Notes: a model not told the origin generated them from the sequence alone. A DNA stretch of 64,000 nt from Phycisphaerales bacterium (GCA_040397805.1 JBBAVG010000011.1:2247-66246); one strand, 5' to 3'; counted from the first letter of the stretch, positions 1 through 9,914 are shown. Numbers and translations are program-made.

Positions 1-594
1 TGGGGCGAAGGATGCCGGGCGGCCGGACTGCCGGTGCACGACGAGGTGTTGACGCCCGAGCACACGGCCCGCCGCCGCTCGCTGACGCAGGCCTTTCAGC
101 GCGGCGAACTCGAGGAGTCGGCCTTCCTGCACGGCCTGCACGAGGCCAACGACGGCCGCTACACGCCGGACGAACTGACTCGCATCCACGACGCGTGGCT
201 CCTCGACGAGTACGAGGGCGTACGGGCGGTGATCGAGCGGCTCGTCGCGACACCCGGCGTCGAGACGGCCCTCTTGAGCAACACCAACGCGGCGCATTGG
301 CGGCGGCACCTGCCGGGCCCCGGCGGCAGGGCCCCGGACTACCCCACGGCGGGCCTGCTGCGCCACCGGCACGCCAGCCACCTGCTGGGGCTGGCCAAGC
401 CCGACGAGGCGATCTACCTGGCCTTCGAGCGGGCCACCGGGTTCTCGGGCCCCGAGATCCTCTACTTCGACGACCTGGCCGAGAATCTCGCCGCACCGGC
501 GCGTCTGGGCTGGAGGTGCGTGCACGTGGACCACGCCGGCGACACGGCCCGCCAAATCGCGGACTCGCTGAGGACCCTGGGCGTGCACGCCTGA
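1..594 (+). CDS. HAD-superfamily hydrolase, 5-prime truncated by window edge
   Basis: The frame is open from base 1. The C-terminal HAD-like motifs are present (LLSNTN..., FDDLAENL), but the N-terminal DxD motif is missing, so the true start lies upstream of the window. Confidence 0.55.
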   Translation, partial: WGEGCRAAGLPVHDEVLTPEHTARRRSLTQAFQRGELEESAFLHGLHEANDGRYTPDELTRIHDAWLLDEYEGVRAVIERLVATPGVETALLSNTNAAHWRRHLPGPGGRAPDYPTAGLLRHRHASHLLGLAKPDEAIYLAFERATGFSGPEILYFDDLAENLAAPARLGWRCVHVDHAGDTARQIADSLRTLGVHA

Positions 595-673
595 GCGACG
601 CCGCCGAGCGTCGCCGGGCGGCATGGGGCGGGGCGTTCCCTATACTGCGACCCACTTTCGGAGTGCCTCACGC

Positions 674-2221
674 ATGTCGAACGCCGCGCCCAAGTCGATG
701 GATGCCATCATGTCCCTGTGCAAGCGCCGGGGCTTCGTCTACCAGACCTCGGAGATCTACGGGGGCATCAACGGGTTCTGGGATTACGGCCCGCTGGGCG
801 CGCAGCTCAAGAAGAACCTCCGCGACGCCTGGTGGCAGGACGTGGTGATGGGCCCGTGCTGGGGCCGCAAGGGTCCCAACGGCCGGCCCGTGAGCGTGGT
901 GCCGGTGGACACGACGATCATCCAGCATCCCAAGACGTGGGAGGCCTCTGGGCACGTGGCGGGCTTCAACGACCCGATGGTCGACTGCCGCGAGACCAAG
1001 GGTCGCTACCGCTACGACCACGTGCAGGTCTTCGTGCCCGCGTCGGGCGAGCGGGGCGACAAGCCGGTCTTCGCGTACGTGGGCGACACGCCCAGCGAGG
1101 CCAAGCAGCGCAAGAAGGCGGAGAAGACCTTCGGCGAGTTGGCGAGCGTGGCGTTGTCGTCGCTGGCGCAGCCCTGGGACCGCGTCATCGGCCCCGACGC
1201 CGAGAAGCCGGGGACGCTGACCGAGCCCCGTCAGTTCAACCTGATGTTCAAGACGTACGTGGGCGCCACGGCGGGCGAGGACGACAAGGCGTACCTGCGG
1301 CCCGAGACGGCCCAGGGTATCTTCGCCCAGGCCAAGAACGTGTGGGACACCACCCGCGTGAAGATGCCCTTCGGCATCGCGCAGACGGGCAAGAGCTTCC
1401 GCAACGAGGTGACGCCCCGCAACTTCACGTTCCGCAGCCGCGAGTTCGAGCAGATGGAGATCGAGTTCTTCTGCCACGAGTCCGAGGCCCTGGCGTGGTA
1501 CGCCTATTGGCGCGACTGGCGCATGGAGTGGTGGCGGAGCATCGGCCTGGCGGGCGACAACCTCATCCTCCGCGAGCACGACGCCGACGAACTGGCCCAC
1601 TACTCGAAGGCCACCAGCGACGTCGAGTACCGCTTCCCCTTCAGCGCGCCGGGCTATGGCGAACTCGAGGGCATCGCCTACCGAGGCAACTTCGACCTCT
1701 CGCAGCACCAGAAGTTCAGCGGCGTCAAGATGGAGTACAACGACACCGAGCGGGGCGAAGTGCTCCCCAACGGCTCCCGTCGCGGCGAGCGGTACGTGCC
1801 CCACGTCATCGAGCCCTCGGCGGGCCTCGATCGCGGCGTGCTCGCCGTGCTCTGCGAGGCGTACACCAAGGACGAGTCGCGTCCGAGCCCCGAGTTCATG
1901 AAGATCCACCCGCGGCTTGCGCCCATCAAGGCCGCGATCTACCCGCTGGTCGCCAAGGAAGGCATGCCCGAGGTGGCCGAGAAGCTCTTCGAGGAAGTCG
2001 CTCGCCGCTTCGGTCGCCTGGGCTTCATCGAGTTCGACGAGAAGCAGTCGATCGGCAAGCGGTACGCCCGCATGGACGAGGCCGGATGCCCCTTCTGCTT
2101 CACCATCGACGGCGAGACGCTGACCAACCAGACCGTCACGGTGCGCAGCCGCGACACGGGATCGCAGGAGCGGATCGGCATCGACAAGGTCGTCGGGTTC
2201 CTCGCCGAGCAGTTGGGCTGA
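674..2221 (+). CDS. glyQS: glycine--tRNA ligase (class II, homodimeric type)
   Basis: MSNAAPKSMDAIMSLCKRRGFVYQTSEIYGGINGFWDYGPLG and later FRNEVTPRNFTFRSREFEQMEIEFF are hallmark GlyRS motifs. I chose the internal ATG at residue 18 of ORF 623..2221, which has GGAG upstream. Confidence 0.92.
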   Translation: MSNAAPKSMDAIMSLCKRRGFVYQTSEIYGGINGFWDYGPLGAQLKKNLRDAWWQDVVMGPCWGRKGPNGRPVSVVPVDTTIIQHPKTWEASGHVAGFNDPMVDCRETKGRYRYDHVQVFVPASGERGDKPVFAYVGDTPSEAKQRKKAEKTFGELASVALSSLAQPWDRVIGPDAEKPGTLTEPRQFNLMFKTYVGATAGEDDKAYLRPETAQGIFAQAKNVWDTTRVKMPFGIAQTGKSFRNEVTPRNFTFRSREFEQMEIEFFCHESEALAWYAYWRDWRMEWWRSIGLAGDNLILREHDADELAHYSKATSDVEYRFPFSAPGYGELEGIAYRGNFDLSQHQKFSGVKMEYNDTERGEVLPNGSRRGERYVPHVIEPSAGLDRGVLAVLCEAYTKDESRPSPEFMKIHPRLAPIKAAIYPLVAKEGMPEVAEKLFEEVARRFGRLGFIEFDEKQSIGKRYARMDEAGCPFCFTIDGETLTNQTVTVRSRDTGSQERIGIDKVVGFLAEQLG

Positions 2222-2228
2222 GGCACCC

Positions 2229-3152
2229 ATGACGCGTCGCGTGCGCATCACCGACGTTTCGCCCCGGGACGGGCTCCAGAACGAGCCGGGCGTGATCGAC
2301 GTGGCGGCGAAGGTGCGGCTCATGTCGCTCCTGGCCCGGGCGGGCGTCGACGAGATCGAGGTGACGAGTTTCGTGAGCCCCAAGTGGGTGCCGCAGTTGG
2401 GCGATTGCGCGCAGGTGTGCGACGCGCTGGCACCGCTCGTGAACGACCGCTGGCCGATGCTCTCGGCGCTCGTGCCCAACGAGAAGGGCTTCGCCGGAGC
2501 GCTCGACGCCAACCGCCGGGCAGGCCGCACGCTGCTGAGGAAGGTCTCCGTCTTCACGGCCGCCTCCGAGACCTTCTCGCAGCGCAACACCAACGCGAGC
2601 GTCGCCGAGACGATCCGCCGCTTCGAACCCGTCGTGAAGGGGGCGCACGACGCGGGGCTGCTGGTTCGCGGCTACGTCTCGTGCATCGTGGCGTGTCCCT
2701 TCGAGGGGCCCGTGGCCCCCTCCCGCGTGCGAGAGGTGACGGACCTGCTCGCCTCCGTCGGCGTCGACGAACTCGACCTTGGCGACACGATCGGCGCGGG
2801 CACGCCCGAGACCATCAGGAGCGTGCTCGAGGATGTCGGTCGTTCGCATCCGCTCGACGGCGGCTCGCGGCCCGTCACGCTCCACCTCCACGACACCTTC
2901 GGACGCGCCGCCGCGTGCGTGCGCATGGCCCTCGACCTTGGCGTCCGCTCCTTCGACGGGGCGGCAGGCGGGCTGGGCGGCTGTCCCTATGCCACCGTCG
3001 ATGGTCGCCGCGCCCCGGGCAACATCAGCACCGAACTGCTCGTGCGGACCATCCGCGACCACGGCTTCGAGGCCGGCGTCGGCCAGACGGGCATCGACGA
3101 CGCGGCGTTGGCCGAAGCGGGCCGCTTCGCCGCCTCGCTGCGCTCCACGTGA
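2229..3152 (+). CDS. hydroxymethylglutaryl-CoA lyase (HMGL-like aldolase)
   Basis: N-terminus RITDVSPRDGLQNE, and later LHLHDTFG and GLGGCPYA, are typical of the HMG-CoA lyase / DRE-TIM family. Confidence 0.85.
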   Translation: MTRRVRITDVSPRDGLQNEPGVIDVAAKVRLMSLLARAGVDEIEVTSFVSPKWVPQLGDCAQVCDALAPLVNDRWPMLSALVPNEKGFAGALDANRRAGRTLLRKVSVFTAASETFSQRNTNASVAETIRRFEPVVKGAHDAGLLVRGYVSCIVACPFEGPVAPSRVREVTDLLASVGVDELDLGDTIGAGTPETIRSVLEDVGRSHPLDGGSRPVTLHLHDTFGRAAACVRMALDLGVRSFDGAAGGLGGCPYATVDGRRAPGNISTELLVRTIRDHGFEAGVGQTGIDDAALAEAGRFAASLRST

Positions 3153-3180
3153 GGCGCGTGGGGGCGAGAAGCATGGGCCG

Positions 3181-3927
3181 TCAGCGGTCATTCGCGATCG
3201 CCGCCGCCACCGCCCGGGCGATGTCGAGCGACCCCGGCGAATCCGAGTGAATGCACAGCGTCGTGGCGACCACCTTCAGCGTGTCGCCGGAAGGGAGCAT
3301 CACGCCCCCGCCGGTGGCGATCGCTCTGGCTTGAGCCGCGGCACGCGCCGGATCGTCCAGCACCGCGCCCGGGGCCGTACGAGCGAGCAGCGACCCGTCG
3401 GCGTCGTAGCGACGATCGGCGAAGGCCTCGTGCTCCACGCTTCGCCCGGCGGCATCCCAACGCTTGGTGCCCATGGCGTTGGCCAGGCCCACGAGCGAGG
3501 CCGACGCGAGCACGTCCGCCACGCCCTGCATCACGGCGTCGGCGATCTCCGGGCGTCGCATGGCGGCGTGGTAGAGCGCGCCGTGGGGCTTGACGTGCGT
3601 CACCTCCCCCCCACCGTCGCGAGCGATGGCCGCCAACCTTGCGACCTGCTCGGCCACCGATCGTCGAACGGTCCGGGCATCGAGGTCGAGTTCGACGCGG
3701 CCGAAGCGGGCGCGATCCTCGTAGCCCGGGTGCGCGCCGATCCTGGCGCCGCGAGTTTGGCACGCCTCGACGAGCCGCCGCATGGTCGCCTCGCTGCCGG
3801 CGTGCCCCGCGCAGGCGATGTTGGCCGACGTCACCACGTCGAGCAGCGCGAGATCTCGCGCGAGGCCCTCGGGCGACTCGTCCTCGCCCAGGTCGCAGTT
3901 GAGGTCGATGAGCAGCGGTCGTTTCAC
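3181..3927 (-). CDS. pxpA: 5-oxoprolinase subunit A (LamB/YcsF family)
   Basis: VKRPLLIDLNCDLGEDES...ANIACAGHAGS...GAHPGY. The GTG start overlaps the pxpC stop (GTGA). The longer 374-aa ORF N-terminus is Arg/Pro junk. Confidence 0.85.
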   Translation of the reverse strand: MKRPLLIDLNCDLGEDESPEGLARDLALLDVVTSANIACAGHAGSEATMRRLVEACQTRGARIGAHPGYEDRARFGRVELDLDARTVRRSVAEQVARLAAIARDGGGEVTHVKPHGALYHAAMRRPEIADAVMQGVADVLASASLVGLANAMGTKRWDAAGRSVEHEAFADRRYDADGSLLARTAPGAVLDDPARAAAQARAIATGGGVMLPSGDTLKVVATTLCIHSDSPGSLDIARAVAAAIANDR

Positions 3928-4901
3928 GGGAGCCTCAACTCCTTCGCGAGCATGGCTCGGCATGCCGCGTGGGCGCGACGAGCCTCGTCGCGATCGACCC
4001 GGGCGAGTCGCACGACGTCGCCGGGCGCGAGTTGACCGAGCGCGGGAAGGTCGGCGGCGATGACGCACGCCACCACGGGGTAGCCGCCGGTCGTCGGGTG
4101 GTCGACACCGAGGATGATGGGCTCGCCGCCGGGCGTGAGTTCGATCGCCCCGTGGGTCATGCCCGAGCTGGGCACGCGTCCGCTCGCAGCGCCTCGGATC
4201 GCCTCGATGACCGCGGGCGTCGGCTCGAGCCGCACGCCGACGCGGTCGGAGTGCCTCGACACCACCAGCGGCGAGGCCAGCAGGGCCTCCAACGCACCGC
4301 GGCACGCGCCCTCGCCGTCGGGGGTGACCACCACGCGGAGCGTGCCGGGACGAAGCGTCGCCTCAAGCCAGTCGACGAGCGAGGTCGACGCGACGGGAGA
4401 CGAGTTGGATGCCCAAGCGGGGCCGATGTCGAGTTCGTCGCCCGCCCGCAGGGCACGGCCATGGAACCCTCCCATGGCGCACGACAGCAGCGTCGATGCG
4501 CTCCCCAGGCAGGCCGGAACCTGCACGCCCCCGGCGAGGCACAGGTACGCGCGGAGGCCAGGCCGAATGGCCTTGACGACGAGGCGTTCGCCCGGTCGAA
4601 CGTCGAAGGCCGTCCAACGGGGCACGCTTCGCGAGCTGCCGCCCGCGTCCACGAGCAGCGCGTGGTTGGTGGCCCCGGCGAGGCAGCACCGCGTGATGGC
4701 GTCGAACCTCACTTCAACGCCGAGCATGGCCAGCTCGATGGCCGGGGCGGCGGCGGGGTTGCCGAGCAGGGCGTTGCCACACTCAAGGGAAAGGGCATCG
4801 GCCGCCCCGCCTTGCGGCACGCCCGACGCGCCGTGACCGGGCCGGCCCAGATCCTGCACGAGGGACTGCACGCCCGGGACGATGATCGTGGCGCGACTCA
4901 T
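3924..4901 (-). CDS. pxpC: 5-oxoprolinase subunit C (KipA / allophanate hydrolase subunit 2 family)
   Basis: SLVQDLGRPGHGASGVPQGGAADALSLECGNALLGN and C-terminal TTGGYPVVACVIAADLPALGQLAPGD. It has an ATGA overlap with pxpB. Confidence 0.85.
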   Translation of the reverse strand: MSRATIIVPGVQSLVQDLGRPGHGASGVPQGGAADALSLECGNALLGNPAAAPAIELAMLGVEVRFDAITRCCLAGATNHALLVDAGGSSRSVPRWTAFDVRPGERLVVKAIRPGLRAYLCLAGGVQVPACLGSASTLLSCAMGGFHGRALRAGDELDIGPAWASNSSPVASTSLVDWLEATLRPGTLRVVVTPDGEGACRGALEALLASPLVVSRHSDRVGVRLEPTPAVIEAIRGAASGRVPSSGMTHGAIELTPGGEPIILGVDHPTTGGYPVVACVIAADLPALGQLAPGDVVRLARVDRDEARRAHAACRAMLAKELRLP

Positions 4902-5587
4902 GGCACGCCACCAGCAAAGGCGTTGAACTCCGATCGCGACATGAGCGAGAAGCGGACGCTCATGCCCGGCGAGAGGAGCGTCGGGGACTTGCGAGCGGGA
5001 TCGAAGAGGGTGAGGGGCGTTCGACCGATGAGTCGCCAGCCGCCCGGTGAGTCGAAGGGGTAGATGCCGGCGCGGTCGCCCCCGATGCCGACGCTGCCGG
5101 CGGGCACGCGGGTACGGGGCCGCTCGAGGCGCGGGGCGGCGAGGTCGGTGGGCAGGCCCCGGAGGTAGGCGAACCCGGGCATGAAGCCCAGGAAGTCGAC
5201 GGTGAACTCGGCGGCACAGAACCGCTCGAGCAGCACGCGGGGGTCGAGCGAGCGCTCGTTCGCGAGTTCATGCAGGTCCGGGGCGAGGTCGAGGTCGGCG
5301 CAGAAGGGGACGACCTGCACGGGGCCCGGCGGAGGGTCGGGAAGGGCGGCCCACTGGCGAACGAGGGCGTCAAGCCGTTCGGCGAGCAGGTCGTCGTGGG
5401 CGACCTGCGGCCCGAACTCGAGGAGGATCGACTCGGCGCCCGGGACGAGGTCGACCAAGCCCACGGGCGGGTTGGCGGCGAGGTGGCGGAAGAGGCGGCT
5501 CGCGCCACCTGGTTGGGGGACGACTATTTGGACATGCCGCTCCGAGAACCAGCGGGCGTGTGGGGCTTGGGGGGGCGAGGCGGCCAC
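4898..5587 (-). CDS. pxpB: 5-oxoprolinase subunit B (KipI / allophanate hydrolase subunit 1 family)
   Basis: FLGFMPGFAYLRGLP...VPAGSVGIGGDRAGIYPFDSPGGWRLIGRTP. The start is uncertain: an internal GTG near 5587 or the ORF start at 5710. Confidence 0.8.
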   Translation of the reverse strand: MAASPPQAPHARWFSERHVQIVVPQPGGASRLFRHLAANPPVGLVDLVPGAESILLEFGPQVAHDDLLAERLDALVRQWAALPDPPPGPVQVVPFCADLDLAPDLHELANERSLDPRVLLERFCAAEFTVDFLGFMPGFAYLRGLPTDLAAPRLERPRTRVPAGSVGIGGDRAGIYPFDSPGGWRLIGRTPLTLFDPARKSPTLLSPGMSVRFSLMSRSEFNAFAGGVP

Positions 5588-5837
5588 GCGGCGGAGGGTA
5601 GTGGGCCGGGATGGGGGTGTGGGAACCCCGGGGAACCGGGATGGGCGGGATTCAACGCGACGGGGAAATGGAGCCGAACAGAGAGCGGTCCGGCGTGAAC
5701 GACCGGGCACGGGCGTCCGCGGAGGATTCGCGGCGTCGTGGGTTGGCCTCGCGTGTCCCCGATGCTCGTCGGGGGCGGGCCTTCGCTAGATTGGAGTTCG
5801 AGCCGGCGTCGAGCCGGAGACTTCCTTGGAGACACAC

Positions 5838-7019
5838 ATGCATCTTCGCACCGCATCGCTTCTGGTGGCACTGACGGGTCTGGCTTCGACGGCGTTGGGC
5901 ATGCAGCCCGCGAGCCCGCCGGTGGTGGTGCCGCCCAAGCCCGTGGCGCCGGCGGTGGCGCCTTCGGCGGGGGCGAAGATCACGTTCAACCAGCTGACGC
6001 ACGAGTTCGGCGTGATCTCCGACGAGAAGGAGGTCGAGACCAAGTTCCGCTTCACGAACTCGGGCACGTCGGAGCTGGAGATCGCGAACCTGCAGGGTTC
6101 GTGCGGCTGCACGGTGCCCGCGCTCGAGAAGAAGAAGTACGCCCCGGGCGAGAGCGGCGAGATCACGGTTCGCTACAACCCGCACAACCGTCGCGGCAAG
6201 CAGAGCACGAACGTGACGGTGACGACCAACTCGGCGGACTCGCCGCAGGTGGTGCTGAGCGTGAAGTCGGAGGTGAAGCCGACGGTGATGACCGAGCCGC
6301 AGGTGGCGACGCTGGGGCAGGTGCAGCGCGGGGCCGAGGGGAAGACGACGCTGATGATCACGTCGCGGAAGCTCGACCTCGAGGTGACGCAGATCACGCC
6401 CAACGACGCGAAGGTGAACGCGAAGGTGGGCCAGAAGATCGAGACGACGCTCGAGGGCGAGAAGGTCGTGCAGTATCCGGTGGAGATCTCGCTGGCGTCG
6501 GGCGCGGCCGTGGGGCAGGTGCAGACGCAGTGCGTGGTGCGGACGAACGATCCGGCCCGCACGCTGAACTTCATGGTGCTGGGCGAGGTGGTGGGCCAGG
6601 TGAAGGTCGAGCCGCAGCGGGTGACGCTGGGCGGCCTGTCGCCGGGGCAGGACATCAACACGTCGATCCGCATCACGGCGCGTGACGGGAGCAACCTGGA
6701 GGTCGCCTCGGCGACCGAGGCGCCGGCCCTCATGCCCACGCCGTCGAATCCGCAGGGTTCGCCCGGGGCGACGATGTTCGACATCAAGGTGGTCAAGGAC
6801 ACGACGACGACGCCAGCCGCGTGGGTGGTGACGCTGACGGGCAAGGCGCCGTCGGGGCAGGTGTCGACCTTCCGGGGCGACATCGTGCTCAAGACCAACA
6901 TGGCGGGCGAGGAAGAGGTGAAGGTGCCGTATTACGGGTTCATTCGCCAGAAGCCCCAGCCGGTGGCCCCGCAGAACCCCACCGGGCAGCCCAACCCCAG
7001 CTTCCTGGTTCCGGAGTGA
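5838..7019 (+). CDS. secreted DUF1573 domain-containing protein
   Basis: Signal peptide MHLRTASLLVALTGLASTALG, then HEFGVISDEKEVETKFRFTNSGTSELEIANLQGSCGCTVP, which is the DUF1573 signature. More Ig-like beta-rich sequence follows. Confidence 0.75.
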   Translation: MHLRTASLLVALTGLASTALGMQPASPPVVVPPKPVAPAVAPSAGAKITFNQLTHEFGVISDEKEVETKFRFTNSGTSELEIANLQGSCGCTVPALEKKKYAPGESGEITVRYNPHNRRGKQSTNVTVTTNSADSPQVVLSVKSEVKPTVMTEPQVATLGQVQRGAEGKTTLMITSRKLDLEVTQITPNDAKVNAKVGQKIETTLEGEKVVQYPVEISLASGAAVGQVQTQCVVRTNDPARTLNFMVLGEVVGQVKVEPQRVTLGGLSPGQDINTSIRITARDGSNLEVASATEAPALMPTPSNPQGSPGATMFDIKVVKDTTTTPAAWVVTLTGKAPSGQVSTFRGDIVLKTNMAGEEEVKVPYYGFIRQKPQPVAPQNPTGQPNPSFLVPE

Positions 7020-7170
7020 TTCACGCGGCGGTCCTCGACCGCTCCAGGATCGCTCGCGTGGCCGCCGATGGCGGCCAACCATCCTCAGCAACTCCCGTGA
7101 ACGTCCCCGGCGCGATGCGTCGGGGCGTTCTTCCATAGAGATCTCCGACCCTTTCGACGGACGAGCGACC

Positions 7171-7710
7171 TTGCCACTGCACCTTGACCTCCACCGGGCC
7201 TGCACCATCGCCCTTCTGGGCGTGGTCTTCGGCGGCGTGCACTCGCTGACGCGGCCGATCTCCCTCAAGCCCGCCGCCCCCGAGCCGTTGGCGCCGGCGG
7301 GTCTTGCGCCGGATGCCTCCCCCGCTGCCGCGACGAGCGCGACCGCCCCGACGCCCGCGCCTCCGGCGGGCAAGGAAGGCGACATCACGCTGGCGCAAGC
7401 ACGCGTTCTCTACGAGCAGGGCGTGATGTTCGTCGACGCCCGCTCGCTCGCCGAGTTCACGGCCGAGCACGTCGAAGGGGCGGTGCACCTGCCGCTCGAG
7501 TCGCTCGAGGGGGGCTCGCGGCCCGCCGCGCTCGACGTGCTTGATCCTGGAGGCAAAGTGGTGATCTATTGCGGCGGGGGCGACTGCCACGCCTCGCATG
7601 ACGTGGCGATCCGCCTCAACGCCCTGGGCTTTCGCAACTGCTACGTGATGACCGACGGGTTCCCGGGGTGGAAGGCCGCGGGCTATGAAGTGACGGGAGG
7701 TGCGCCATGA
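7171..7710 (+). CDS. membrane-anchored rhodanese-like domain protein
   Basis: N-terminal TM segment, an Ala/Pro linker, then FVDARSLAEFTAEHVEGAVHLP...VVIYCGGGDCHASHDVA..GF..CYVMTDGFPGWKAAG (rhodanese fold). Confidence 0.72.
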   Translation: MPLHLDLHRACTIALLGVVFGGVHSLTRPISLKPAAPEPLAPAGLAPDASPAAATSATAPTPAPPAGKEGDITLAQARVLYEQGVMFVDARSLAEFTAEHVEGAVHLPLESLEGGSRPAALDVLDPGGKVVIYCGGGDCHASHDVAIRLNALGFRNCYVMTDGFPGWKAAGYEVTGGAP

Positions 7711-8186
7711 GCGACATCAAGCCCCCCGCGGCGACGGGACTCGCCGTCGCGATCGTGCGCATCCTGCTGGGCGGACTCTTCATCTTCGCCGGCGTGATCA
7801 AGCTCGGCGACATCCAAGGGTTCGCCTTCTCGGTGAAGGCCTTCGAGATCTTCCCGGCCGAGGCCGAGCACGCCGTGCGGCTCGTGACCTTCGCGGTGCC
7901 TTGGACGGAACTGATCATCGGGGTGATGCTGGTGCTGGGCTACTGGACCCGCGGGGCGGCGTTGCTGCTGGCGGCGATCCTGGCGGGCTTCGTCGCGGGC
8001 ATCGTCTCGGTCCTGGCCCGCGACATGAACGTGACGTGCGGCTGCTTCGGCCGCTTCGAGCGGCCGTGCACGGGCCCCATCGGCGTGTGCCATGTCATTC
8101 GCAACGCGGTGCTGCTGCTGGGCACCCTGTTCGTGGTCTGGAAGGGCCCGGGATCGATGGCGATCGACCGCCAAACGTCCCGCTGA
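7707..8186 (+). CDS. MauE/DoxX family redox-associated membrane protein
   Basis: Four predicted TM helices and a CGCFG motif (NVTCGCFGRFERPC). It has an ATGA overlap with the rhodanese gene. Confidence 0.7.
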   Translation: MSDIKPPAATGLAVAIVRILLGGLFIFAGVIKLGDIQGFAFSVKAFEIFPAEAEHAVRLVTFAVPWTELIIGVMLVLGYWTRGAALLLAAILAGFVAGIVSVLARDMNVTCGCFGRFERPCTGPIGVCHVIRNAVLLLGTLFVVWKGPGSMAIDRQTSR

Positions 8187-8287
8187 GGGCGCGGGCGACG
8201 TGGCGGGCCACCGGGTGACCCGCTAGAATGGAGGCCCACCGTCGCCCGGTCGGGACCTGCCTTGTGGCGGGTCGAACGGCCGGGCCG

Positions 8288-8551
8288 ATGACCAAGACGG
8301 AGCCAGCGATGTCGAAGTTCCAGCGTTTCGGGCCTGCACAGAAGTCCTCGGTCACCACCAAGAGCGGCGCGGGCGTGCTCCACGTCGATTGGAAGGACGT
8401 CGAGAACCTCCGCAAGCTCATGAGCCCGAACGGCAAGATCCTCGGCCGCAAGCGGCTGACGACCTCCGCCCGCGAGCAGCGGATGCTCTCGCAGGCGATC
8501 AAGCGGGCCCGCTTCATGGCCCTGCTGCCGTACACCTCGGCGACGCTGTGA
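8288..8551 (+). CDS. rpsR: 30S ribosomal protein S18
   Basis: DWKDVENLRKLMSPNGKILGRKRLTTSAREQRMLSQAIKRARFMALLPYT is the S18 core. I chose the internal ATG (MTKTEP). Confidence 0.85.
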   Translation: MTKTEPAMSKFQRFGPAQKSSVTTKSGAGVLHVDWKDVENLRKLMSPNGKILGRKRLTTSAREQRMLSQAIKRARFMALLPYTSATL

Positions 8552-8594
8552 GTGTCGACCCCGGTCGGGGTTCCTGATTCCTGTTGCAGTGTGT

Positions 8595-8630
8595 CAACGC
8601 TCGGCGTCATCCGAGCGTTGTTTCATTTCT
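8595..8630 (+). terminator. intrinsic terminator-like hairpin after rpsR
   Basis: Perfect 10-bp inverted repeat caacgctcgg / ccgagcgttg with a 6-nt loop, followed by tttcatttctt. It lies between convergent rpsR and holB. Confidence 0.5.
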
Positions 8631-8700
8631 TGGCCGCGAATCGGTCGCGGGCCGGGTGCCGCCGTGCGCCATGACGTCGGCGGCTGGACAGCGGGCGACC

Positions 8701-9879
8701 TCACGCCCGGAGCGAGAGTTCGCCCGAGAGCTTCTCCATCACGAACTGGGCGCCGACGTTGGCGTCGATCTCGGATTCGGCCTCGCGGAGACGGTCGAAC
8801 ATCGCGAGGATGGGCTCGAGGGTGTCGGGCCCCTTGTTGGCGCGGGCGGTTTCGGCCAGGCGGCGTTGCAGGTGGGTGCCCACGAGGCGGAACATCCATG
8901 CCGCCGCGTCCTTGTTGGCGGCTTCCTTGCTGGCGTTGTCGTGCGAGTCGACCCAGGCCTCGGCCCACTTGCCGATGAGTTCGGCCATGAGCGAGCCCAT
9001 CTCGGGCGAGTACTGGCCCTTCTCGGCGGCGACGAGCATGGGGCCCAGCTGCTTCCACCACGCGTGGATGCCCCCCTCGCGGGCGGCGAGGAAGACGCCG
9101 GGCGCGCCGGCGGCGAGCCGCACGAGAAAGTCCGTCTCCTCGGGCGACACGGGCTCGCCATCGCCCTCGCCCAGCACGGCGGCGGCGGGCGAGCGTTCGA
9201 GCCACGCGTTCATCTCGTGGGTGGCGAGGGGCCCGAAGTAGACGCGTTGCGAGCGGGAGCGGATCGTCGGCAGGAGTTCCTGCTCGGCGGAGGTGACGAG
9301 GATGATGACCACGCCCGGCGGGGGTTCTTCGAGGATCTTGAGCAGGGCGTTCTGCGCGTAGACGTTGAGCAGGTCGGCGTCGTCCACGATGAAGACGCGG
9401 CTGGCGGTCGAGCCGGTCGCCATGGAGGGGCGGAGCGTGGCGTGCTCGACGAGGAACGTGCGGATCACCTCGACGGGGATCGACGTGAGCTTGCGGTCGC
9501 GGACGGTGGGGTCGTCGTGGAACTTGGCGAGTTCCTTCACGATGACGAAGAGGTCGGGGTGGGTGCCGGCCCGGAGTTGCTTGCGGGTGTCGGAGTCGCC
9601 CGGCGAGTCGTGCACGCCCGAGGCGTCGGCCTTGGTGGTCGGGTCGAGCAGGAGGGAGGCGAAGGTGAGGGCGGCGGTGAACTTCCCGACGCCCTTGGGG
9701 CCGTGGAAGATCCACGCGTGGTGGACGCGGCCGGCGGCCATGGCGTGATCGAGTCGTTCCCACGCCGCACGGTGGCCGATGAACTCGCCGCGGCAGAGGG
9801 GCGGGGGCGTAGGGAGAAACTTGTCCGGGTCGGGGCCCGAGACGGCGACTTCCCTGGGTGCCTTGGGTTTCTTTGCCAC
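8701..9879 (-). CDS. holB: DNA polymerase III subunit delta-prime
   Basis: HAWIFHGPKGVGKFTAALTFA (Walker A-like), IVDDADLLNVYAQNALLKILEEPPPGVVIILVT and PTIRSRSQ (sensor). Confidence 0.82.
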   Translation of the reverse strand: MAKKPKAPREVAVSGPDPDKFLPTPPPLCRGEFIGHRAAWERLDHAMAAGRVHHAWIFHGPKGVGKFTAALTFASLLLDPTTKADASGVHDSPGDSDTRKQLRAGTHPDLFVIVKELAKFHDDPTVRDRKLTSIPVEVIRTFLVEHATLRPSMATGSTASRVFIVDDADLLNVYAQNALLKILEEPPPGVVIILVTSAEQELLPTIRSRSQRVYFGPLATHEMNAWLERSPAAAVLGEGDGEPVSPEETDFLVRLAAGAPGVFLAAREGGIHAWWKQLGPMLVAAEKGQYSPEMGSLMAELIGKWAEAWVDSHDNASKEAANKDAAAWMFRLVGTHLQRRLAETARANKGPDTLEPILAMFDRLREAESEIDANVGAQFVMEKLSGELSLRA

Positions 9880-9914
9880 GCCCGGAAGGGTACGCGGCGT
9901 ACGGGGGCGGGCCG

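Noticed and set aside
668-2593. 641-aa minus-strand ORF overlapping glyQS. Similar long antisense ORFs occur at 13958..16603 opposite thrS, 37061..40141 opposite gcvP and 23572..27054 opposite the 1291-aa gene.
   Set aside because: Their translations are low-complexity Arg/Ala/Gly/Pro/His strings with no recognisable motifs. Each lies exactly opposite a gene with strong family signatures. Stop-codon depletion in very GC-rich DNA produces such antisense ORFs.
7060-7076. Short hairpin ggccgcc-gat-ggcggcc after the DUF1573 gene as a terminator.
   Set aside because: It has only a 7-bp stem and no U-tract. Such GC palindromes are frequent in this composition, so it is not convincing enough to annotate.
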